Source: Gemmatimonadota bacterium
GTDB taxonomy: Bacteria > Gemmatimonadota > Gemmatimonadetes > Gemmatimonadales > GWC2-71-9
DNA: 64,000 nucleotides
NCBI GenBank assembly: GCA_039584325.1
Contig: JBDGYA010000004.1
Coordinates: 17,669-81,668, forward strand
Reading direction: 5' to 3'
A program made the translations under genes and the position numbers. A model generated the notes under the pieces. It saw nothing but the letters and a program-made list of their open reading frames with translations, was not told the origin of the DNA and did not search any database. Shown one piece after another: positions 51,902 through 58,866 of the stretch (the first letter of the stretch is position 1; each line of letters begins with the position of its first letter).

Positions 51902-53524
51902 ATGGTCCCTCTGCAAACACCACCCGGGTTCTCGGGCCGGTTCGTCACCGACCACCGGACCCGGTGCGCGTACGCCGAAGCCGCCGGGCCGTATCGCATC
52001 GTGCCGGCGGCCGTGGCGCTCCCACGCGACGCCGACGACGTGACAAGGCTGGTGCACGCCGCGGCGGAGAGCGGCTGGACACTGACCCCGCGAGCGGCGG
52101 GCAGTGGCATGCCGGGAGGCAACGTCGGCCCCGGCGTGATCGTGGACCTTCAGGGATTGCGTCACCCATTGACAGTCCATTCGGACGACCGGCGTGCCGT
52201 GGCCGGTGCCGCCATCACCTGGCGGCAACTCGATCAGGCTGCCGGAGCCGTCGGGCTGCGACTCCCACCAGATCCATCGAGCGGTGCGTTCTGCACAGTG
52301 GGGGGCATGGTGGCAACGAATGCGGCAGGATCGCGGTCGGTGCTGCACGGTCCCATGCGACCGTGGGTGGCATCGCTCGACCTGGTCACCGGTCGGGGGG
52401 AATCCATTCGGCTGACGCGGGCCGCACCACCATCGGGAGGCATGCAGGAGGGACTCAGCACGATCGATCGGGAGATCCGTACCGGCGCGGAGGTCATCCC
52501 GGCCCGCTTCCCTCGCACTCGGAAGAACTCCTCGGGGTACGCGCTGGACGTCTACCTTCGCTCCGGCGACGTGATCGATCTGGTTATCGGCTCCGAAGGT
52601 ACGCTCGGCATCATTACCGAGGTCGGTCTGCGCCTCGCACCGCGCCCGTCTGCGGTGGCCGGTCTGCTCGTGGTCCTGCCCGAGGTCGCAGCCCTCAGTG
52701 CGGCAATCAGCATCCTGCTGCCGTTCGCACCGGCGGCACTCGAGCTGCTCGACCGCTCCTTCCTGCGAATCGCCGAGTACGATCGCGATCTCCCCATCGA
52801 GGACTCTGCCGCGGTCCTGCTGGTCGATTTTGAGGGGACGGCGGCGGAGGTCGAGGACACGGTACGCTCAGCGAGCGACGCCGTTGGCCGGACTGCAATG
52901 CATACCCGGACGGCACTGGACGAGGAGGAGTACTCGGAGTTGTGGGCCGTGCGCCACGCCGCCAGTCCCGTACTCGCCCGGCTGCCGAATACCCGCCGCT
53001 CGCTGCAGGTCATCGAGGATGGATGCGTTCCGATCGACCGGTTGAGCGACTATCTGGCAGGCGTGCACCGTGTGGCTGCCGACGTCGGTGTTGAGATCGT
53101 CGCCTTCGGGCACGCTGGAGACGGACACCTGCACGTCAACGCGCTTGCCGACACGACCGACCGCTACTTTGAGGCGACGCTCGAGGAGCTGCTCGAGCGA
53201 ACGACGGATCTGGTGCTCGAGCTTGGCGGCACGCCGAGCGGCGAGCACGGTGACGGTCGGCTGCGGACCCGGGCCGTGGCCCGTCTTTACGGACCGGAGC
53301 TGCTCGCGCTCTTCCGGCAGGTCAAGACCGCGTTCGATCCGTCCGAGGTGCTCAACCCGGGCGTCATCGTCCCCGCGGGGGATCCTCCGCTGGACCAGCT
53401 CAAGGTGGGCAGACGGGCCGTGGCCATCCCGGACGACATCGCCCTTGCCCTGCGGCGCGTGGAGCAAGCGGGAGACTGGGGCCTTTCGCGATTGGAGTTG
53501 CCCGATGACCCCTGGCCTCGCTAA
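51902..53524 (+). CDS. FAD-binding oxidoreductase (FAD-linked oxidase, GlcD / vanillyl-alcohol-oxidase fold)
   Basis: FAD-binding PCMH region VALPRDADDVTRLVHAAAESGWTLTPRAAGSGMPGGNVG and C-terminal GTPSGEHGDGRLR. The start was trimmed from ORF 51629.. and lies 1 nt after the SQS stop. Confidence 0.8.
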   Translation: MVPLQTPPGFSGRFVTDHRTRCAYAEAAGPYRIVPAAVALPRDADDVTRLVHAAAESGWTLTPRAAGSGMPGGNVGPGVIVDLQGLRHPLTVHSDDRRAVAGAAITWRQLDQAAGAVGLRLPPDPSSGAFCTVGGMVATNAAGSRSVLHGPMRPWVASLDLVTGRGESIRLTRAAPPSGGMQEGLSTIDREIRTGAEVIPARFPRTRKNSSGYALDVYLRSGDVIDLVIGSEGTLGIITEVGLRLAPRPSAVAGLLVVLPEVAALSAAISILLPFAPAALELLDRSFLRIAEYDRDLPIEDSAAVLLVDFEGTAAEVEDTVRSASDAVGRTAMHTRTALDEEEYSELWAVRHAASPVLARLPNTRRSLQVIEDGCVPIDRLSDYLAGVHRVAADVGVEIVAFGHAGDGHLHVNALADTTDRYFEATLEELLERTTDLVLELGGTPSGEHGDGRLRTRAVARLYGPELLALFRQVKTAFDPSEVLNPGVIVPAGDPPLDQLKVGRRAVAIPDDIALALRRVEQAGDWGLSRLELPDDPWPR

Positions 53525-53601
53525 TTCCTCTATATAAGGAACGCGCGAACCGGGGCTCGACGCCCCCGGGGTGAACGCTCCCCCTCCACGACTGCCTGGC
53601 G

Positions 53602-54396
53602 ATGCGACCATATCTCGACCTCCTACAACACATCCTGGATCACGGTCACGCGAAGGAGGATCGCACGGGCACGGGCACCTCCAGCATATTTGGCCATCAG
53701 ATGCGGTTCGACCTGGCGGACGGCTTCCCCCTCGTCACGACGAAGAAGGTCCATCTCAAGTCGATCATCCACGAGCTGCTCTGGTTCATCCAAGGCGACA
53801 CCAACGTCCGATACCTCCAGGAGCACGGGGTCCGCATCTGGGACGAGTGGGCCGATGACCGCGGGGACCTCGGTCCCATCTACGGCGCACAGTGGCGCTC
53901 GTGGCCCGCACCCGATGGCGGCACGATCGATCAGCTGACCCGGGTCGTCGAGCAGATCCGCACGGACCCCGACTCACGACGCCACGTCGTGAGTGCGTGG
54001 AACCCTGCCGCCTTACCGGCCATGGCGCTACCACCATGCCACATCCTCTTTCAGTTCTACGTGGCGGACGGACGGCTGTCGTGCCAACTGTACCAGCGCA
54101 GCGCGGACGTCTTCCTCGGCGTTCCATTCAACATTGCCTCGTACTCGTTGCTCACGATGATGGTCGCCCAGGTCACGGATCTGGCGCCGGGGGACTTCGT
54201 GCACACGTTCGGGGACGTCCATCTGTACCGGAACCACCTCGACCAGGCGCGTCTCCAGCTGTCGCGGGCGCCGCGGGCACTCCCGACGATGTACCTCAAC
54301 CCCGCCGTCCAGTCGGTCTTCGACTTCACCTACGACGACTTCCGGCTGGAGGGGTACGACCCATATCCGCGAATCGCCGCCGAGGTGGCGGTATGA
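53602..54396 (+). CDS. thyA: thymidylate synthase (ThyA type)
   Basis: 264 aa. [27 protein letters not shown], the catalytic LPPCH, and DVHLYRNH. Confidence 0.97.
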   Translation: MRPYLDLLQHILDHGHAKEDRTGTGTSSIFGHQMRFDLADGFPLVTTKKVHLKSIIHELLWFIQGDTNVRYLQEHGVRIWDEWADDRGDLGPIYGAQWRSWPAPDGGTIDQLTRVVEQIRTDPDSRRHVVSAWNPAALPAMALPPCHILFQFYVADGRLSCQLYQRSADVFLGVPFNIASYSLLTMMVAQVTDLAPGDFVHTFGDVHLYRNHLDQARLQLSRAPRALPTMYLNPAVQSVFDFTYDDFRLEGYDPYPRIAAEVAV

Positions 54397-54899
54397 TCGT
54401 CTCGCTCATCGCCGCGATGAGCGAGAATCGTGTGATCGGGCGCGACGGCGACCTGCCCTGGCGCCTGCCGCGCGACATGCACCGCTTCAAGACACTGACG
54501 ACAGGTCATCCGGTCATCATGGGCCGGAAGACGTTCGAGACCCTCACCAAGCCGCTGCCGAACCGGCACAACATCGTTGTCACCGCCAACCGCTCGTACG
54601 TCGCCGTGGGGGCGGACGTCACCCACTCCCTCGACGCGGCGCTCGCCCTGGTCGAGGACGACGCGGAAGTCTTCATCGCTGGCGGCGGTGAGATTTACCG
54701 ACTGGCTCTGCCGATCGCCGATCGCATCTATCTCACGGTCGTGCACGGCACGTTCGAGGGGAATGCGCGCTTCCCGGAGTTCTCGATGGAGGCGTGGCGC
54801 CTCGCCGAAGACATTCGCTACGAGTCGGACCAGCGTCACGCGTATCCCTTCAGCTTTCGCCTCTACCTCCGACGCACAAGCGAGCCCGAGAAGCGCTGA
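54393..54899 (+). CDS. folA: dihydrofolate reductase
   Basis: [53 protein letters not shown] overlap with thyA. Confidence 0.93.
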   Translation: MIVSLIAAMSENRVIGRDGDLPWRLPRDMHRFKTLTTGHPVIMGRKTFETLTKPLPNRHNIVVTANRSYVAVGADVTHSLDAALALVEDDAEVFIAGGGEIYRLALPIADRIYLTVVHGTFEGNARFPEFSMEAWRLAEDIRYESDQRHAYPFSFRLYLRRTSEPEKR

Positions 54900-54981
54900 C
54901 TGGTCCGTCGAAGCGCGTGCCGATCGTGTGGTGACGCGGGTCAAGTCGCGCGCCCGCAACGCGATCCGCTCAAAAAACCTA

Positions 54982-55042
54982 TTGCGTATCTCACCATCAT
55001 TTCGTATCGTGTTGCGCAACACAAACTCCAAACGGAGTTCAC
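54982..55042 (+). promoter_or_regulatory. AT-rich leader of the ATP-grasp/GNAT/KamA operon: promoter-like hexamers, 14-bp perfect palindrome and an SD-sequestering hairpin
   Basis: TTGCGT (54982-87)-N17-TATCGT (55005-10). The perfect palindrome GTGTTGCGCAACAC at 55009-55022 overlaps the -10. The hairpin AACTCC-aaac-GGAGTT at 55024-55039 contains the only GGAG, 5 nt before the TTG start. Confidence 0.35.
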
Positions 55043-56122
55043 TTGCGCATAGGGCTCGCTTTCAACCAGCGACCGGACGATGCCGTCGTCGATAGCGAGG
55101 GCGATCGTCGCACCACCTTCGAACCAGTCACCGATGCCTTCGTCGAATGGGATGACGCGGAAACCATCGCGGCAGTTCGTGATGCGCTCAGCTCCTTCGG
55201 CGAGGTCGTCCTGCTCGAGGCGGTCGACGATTTTCCGAAGCGGCTTGGCAGCGCCCGGGTGGACCTCCTCTTCAACATGGCCGAGGGGCTGCACGGCCCG
55301 AACCGCGAAGCACACGTGCCGGCCATCGCGGAGTTCCTCGGCGTCCCCTACCTCGGCAGCGACCCGCTGACCCTCGCGCTGTCGCTGCACAAGGTCCGCG
55401 CCAAGGAGGTGTTCCGTCAGCGCGGCGTCCCGACGGCGCCGTTCTCCTGGATCGAGACCCTCGACGACCTGCCGATGCTCGCGAACGGGCAGCGCTATCC
55501 CGTATTCCTGAAGCCGGTCTGGGAGGGCTCGTCCAAGGGTGTCGCCGAAGCGAACTACGTCGAGGGTCCCCGGCAGGCACAGGACCGGACCCGGCATCTG
55601 CTCGCCACCTACGACCAGCCGGTCCTCGTCGAGGCATTCCTACCAGGCGACGAGTTCACGGTCGCGATTCTCGGCAACGGGCAAGACGCGCGGGCGCTGC
55701 CCCTGATCCGGTATCGCTTCGAGGGTCTGCCGGCCGACGCCTTGCCGATCATCGGCTACGAGGCGAAGTGGACGTGGGACGTGCCCGACAACCCGCTCGA
55801 GATCCTGGAGTGCCCGGCGCAGATCGACGAGACGCTCGCGTCCCGCATCCGGGAAACTGCGCTCGGTGCGTACCACGCGCTGGGCTGCCGGGACTGGGCG
55901 CGCGTCGACGTCCGGCTCGATGCGGACAGAGTTCCGAACGCGCTCGAGGTCAATCCGCTGCCCGGCATCATCCCGGATCCGGTTGCCAATAGCTGCTTCC
56001 CGTGCGCGGCCCGTGCGGCCGGCATGTCATACGATGAGCTCATTCAGTCCGCCGTGCGTGTGGCGTGGCGGCGGATCACCGGGCACGACCTGTTGCCCGC
56101 CACCGAAGGAGTCGCGAACTGA
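55043..56122 (+). CDS. D-alanine--D-alanine ligase-like ATP-grasp enzyme (paralogue 1)
   Basis: 359 aa with a TTG start. RIGLAFN..., DLLFNMAEG, PVFLKPVWEGSSKG, EAFLPGDEFTVAILG, IGYEAKW and ARVDVRLD...ALEVNPLPG show the ATP-grasp layout of the Ddl family. Confidence 0.8.
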   Translation: MRIGLAFNQRPDDAVVDSEGDRRTTFEPVTDAFVEWDDAETIAAVRDALSSFGEVVLLEAVDDFPKRLGSARVDLLFNMAEGLHGPNREAHVPAIAEFLGVPYLGSDPLTLALSLHKVRAKEVFRQRGVPTAPFSWIETLDDLPMLANGQRYPVFLKPVWEGSSKGVAEANYVEGPRQAQDRTRHLLATYDQPVLVEAFLPGDEFTVAILGNGQDARALPLIRYRFEGLPADALPIIGYEAKWTWDVPDNPLEILECPAQIDETLASRIRETALGAYHALGCRDWARVDVRLDADRVPNALEVNPLPGIIPDPVANSCFPCAARAAGMSYDELIQSAVRVAWRRITGHDLLPATEGVAN

Positions 56123-57114
56123 AGATCGCGGTCATCTACGACAGCGGCGCCGAGAGCTGGACGCCGGAGGATATCCAGGCCGTGCTGGAGTCCGTGGAGG
56201 GCGTGTGCCGCGTGCTGACATCCGCCGGACACGAGGTCGGCCGTGTTCCGGTGCATGACGATCTGGCGTGGTTCGAAACGGTGCGGGCGGCCGACCTGGT
56301 CTTCAATCTCTGCGAGGGAGTGGGGGGCGTGAGCCGCCTGGAGTATCCCGTCGCCTCCGCCATCGAGCTGATGGGCACTCCGTGCACCGGGACCTCATCC
56401 TGGACGATGACGATCTGTCACCGGAAGCCTGTGCTCAACGCGGTCCTGCAATCGCGCGGGCTTCCGGTACCCGGCTGGACCGTACCGACCGAGCGCGGCG
56501 ATCTGCCAGCCGCGCTGCTTCCGGCCATCGTGAAGCCGGCGGCCGAAGATGCCAGCATCGGGATTGAGCAGGCCTCCGTCGTCGCGACGCTCGACGCACT
56601 GCACCGGCGCGTACACGAGATGGGCTCGCGGCATGGGCTCCTGATGGTCCAGCAGTACGTTCCGGGCCGGGAGTTCAACGTCGGGTTCGTCGGCGAGCAC
56701 GTGCTCCCGATCTCGGAGATCGACTTCTCGGAGATGCCGAGTGGTGCCTGGCCGATCGTGTCGTTCGCGGCGAAATGGCACTCCGACAGCCCGGAGTACA
56801 CTGGCACCCAACCGGTCTGTCCCGCTCCGATCGATCATGCCCTCCGTTCCCGTCTCGTGGATACCGCCGCCGCCGCGTGGCGAGCTGTCGAGGGACGGGG
56901 GTACGGACGAGTCGACCTGCGCGTCGACCGCGAGGGGCAGCCGTGGGTCCTCGAGGTCAATCCGAACCCCGACCTCTCCACGGATGCCGGACTTGCCAAC
57001 ATGGCGCTTGCGTACGGCTGGACTTACGACGACCTCGTCCTGCACATCGTCGAGGCGTCCCTTCCCGAGCGCTCGGCCCAGGCATCACCCCGTCGGGAGG
57101 CGTCGGTCGCGTGA
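56065..57114 (+). CDS. D-alanine--D-alanine ligase-like ATP-grasp enzyme (paralogue 2)
   Basis: KIAVIYD..., DLVFNLCEG, AIVKPAAEDASIG, QQYVPGREFNVGFVG, FAAKW and GRVDLRVD...VLEVNPNPD. The start is ambiguous: either the GTG at 56065 (58-nt overlap with the upstream gene) or the CTG at 56119, preceded by GAAGGAG with a 7-nt spacer. Confidence 0.8.
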   Translation: MAADHRARPVARHRRSRELKIAVIYDSGAESWTPEDIQAVLESVEGVCRVLTSAGHEVGRVPVHDDLAWFETVRAADLVFNLCEGVGGVSRLEYPVASAIELMGTPCTGTSSWTMTICHRKPVLNAVLQSRGLPVPGWTVPTERGDLPAALLPAIVKPAAEDASIGIEQASVVATLDALHRRVHEMGSRHGLLMVQQYVPGREFNVGFVGEHVLPISEIDFSEMPSGAWPIVSFAAKWHSDSPEYTGTQPVCPAPIDHALRSRLVDTAAAAWRAVEGRGYGRVDLRVDREGQPWVLEVNPNPDLSTDAGLANMALAYGWTYDDLVLHIVEASLPERSAQASPRREASVA

Positions 57115-57632
57115 GCGCCGCCGATGCGGTCGTGACGCTCGGGCCGCTTGCCGCGGTCGACCGGAACCGGGTCCGAGCCATGGTCACTGCGACCGGGGTG
57201 TTCCGTCCGGACGAAGTCGCGGTTGCGGTGGAGGTGTTCGACGACGCCACCACTCGCCCGGGGGCGGACTACTATGGCCTCGGAGCCTACGAGGCCGACC
57301 GGCTCATCGGGTTCACGCTCTACGGCAGGACACCCTGCACCGTGGCGACCTGGGATCTGTACTGGATCGTCGTCGATCCATCGGTACAGCGGGGCGGGGT
57401 CGGGCGACAGTTGATGGCTGCCACTGAGCAGGACATCGCCGACCACGCCGGTCGCCTCATCGTGGTCGAGACCTCCTCACGGGACGACTATGGTCCGACC
57501 AGAATGTTCTACGAGTCGCTTCGCTACGACCGGGCTGCGCGGATTCCCGAATACTACGGGCCCGGCGACGACCTGATCGTCTACACCAAGCTCCTTGATC
57601 CTCCCGAGACAGCGGCGAGGCACCATGGCTGA
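57111..57632 (+). CDS. GNAT family N-acetyltransferase
   Basis: 173 aa. The acetyl-CoA loop is IVVDPSVQRGGVGRQLM. The GTG start overlaps the upstream stop (GTGA). Confidence 0.8.
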   Translation: MSAADAVVTLGPLAAVDRNRVRAMVTATGVFRPDEVAVAVEVFDDATTRPGADYYGLGAYEADRLIGFTLYGRTPCTVATWDLYWIVVDPSVQRGGVGRQLMAATEQDIADHAGRLIVVETSSRDDYGPTRMFYESLRYDRAARIPEYYGPGDDLIVYTKLLDPPETAARHHG

Positions 57633-58812
57633 GTGGCAGAAACTCCTCCACGACCGAAGCGTGCGGACGCTCCAGCAACTGGTGGATAAGTTCGGGGCCG
57701 AGCAGTTCCCCGATCTCGACCGGTTGCAGGAGGCCGTCGACAACTTCGAGTTCCGGATCTCGCCGGCGATGGTCGACCTGATCCAGGAACCGGGCGATCC
57801 GATCTGGCGGCAGTACGTCCCGGATCTCCAAGAGCTGGAAGTGGTCGACGGCATTCTCGACAGCCTGGACGAGGAGGGGGACAGCCCGGTCCCGAACATC
57901 ACGCACCGCTATCCCGACCGTGCCTTGTTCCTGGTGAGTGCGGTCTGCGCGGCGTACTGCCGGTTCTGCACGCGGCGGCGCAAGGTCGGGGATCCCGAGA
58001 AGATCCCCATGGCCCAGCTGGAGAGCGGATTCCGGTATCTCGAGGAACACCCGGAGATAAGGGACGTCATTCTCTCGGGGGGCGATCCGCTGTTGCTCTC
58101 CGACCGGCGGCTCAACGCCATTCTCTCTCGCTTGCGCAAGATCCCCCATCTGGAGGTCATCCGGATCGGGTCGCGCGTGCCGTGCCATTTGCCGGAGCGG
58201 ATCACGCCGGAACTGTGCAACGTGTTGCGCAAGCATCACCCGCTGTACATCAATACCCACTTCAACCACCCAGCTGAGCTGACGCCAGCGGCGGTGAGGG
58301 GACTCGGCATGCTGGCCGATGCCGGCGTACCGCTCGGATGCCAGACAGTCCTGCTCAAGGACGTGAACGACGATGTCACCGTCATGAAGGATCTCATGAA
58401 GGGGCTGCTCCGGGCCCGGGTGCGCCCCTACTACATCTTCATGTGCGACAATGTCGCGGGTGTCGAGCACTTCAAGGCCACCGTCCAGAAGGGACTCGAG
58501 ATCATCCGTGGCCTCAGAGGCTGGACGAGCGGACTCGCCGTTCCGCACTTCGTCATCGATGCCCCTGGTGGCGGCGGCAAGATCCCGCTGCTTCCCGAGT
58601 ACCTCGAAGAGATCACCGAATCCGAAGTCGTGCTGCGGAACTACGAGGGAGATCGGTACACCTATCCGCAGCCGCGGAAGGAGGTCCTCGTGGCAGCCGG
58701 CATCGCCGAGCCGGAATACGACCTCATCCCGGTCGCTGCGGGCAATGCGGCAGCATCGCGCGCGAAGTCCAAAAACGGAAACCGGAAGGCCCGGAAAGGC
58801 AAGCGGGCCTAG
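57625..58812 (+). CDS. lysine 2,3-aminomutase family (KamA/AblA-like) radical SAM protein
   Basis: 395 aa. Radical SAM cluster CAAYCRFCTRR. Also DVILSGGDPL, IRIGSR, YINTHFNHP, YYIFMCD and VPHFVIDAPGGGGKIP. 8-nt overlap with the GNAT gene. Confidence 0.9.
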   Translation: MAEWQKLLHDRSVRTLQQLVDKFGAEQFPDLDRLQEAVDNFEFRISPAMVDLIQEPGDPIWRQYVPDLQELEVVDGILDSLDEEGDSPVPNITHRYPDRALFLVSAVCAAYCRFCTRRRKVGDPEKIPMAQLESGFRYLEEHPEIRDVILSGGDPLLLSDRRLNAILSRLRKIPHLEVIRIGSRVPCHLPERITPELCNVLRKHHPLYINTHFNHPAELTPAAVRGLGMLADAGVPLGCQTVLLKDVNDDVTVMKDLMKGLLRARVRPYYIFMCDNVAGVEHFKATVQKGLEIIRGLRGWTSGLAVPHFVIDAPGGGGKIPLLPEYLEEITESEVVLRNYEGDRYTYPQPRKEVLVAAGIAEPEYDLIPVAAGNAAASRAKSKNGNRKARKGKRA

Positions 58813-58865
58813 GGGCGTCTCCACGCCCCCGGCCCACCATACCATCCGCCGGCCGCCGCGGCGGC
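58812..58865. terminator. two GC-rich hairpins between convergent kamA-like and EF-G genes
   Basis: GGGGCG-tctcca-CGCCCC at 58812-58829 and the palindrome GCCGCCGCGGCGGC at 58852-58865. There are no U-tracts. Confidence 0.4.
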
Positions 58866-58866
58866 G

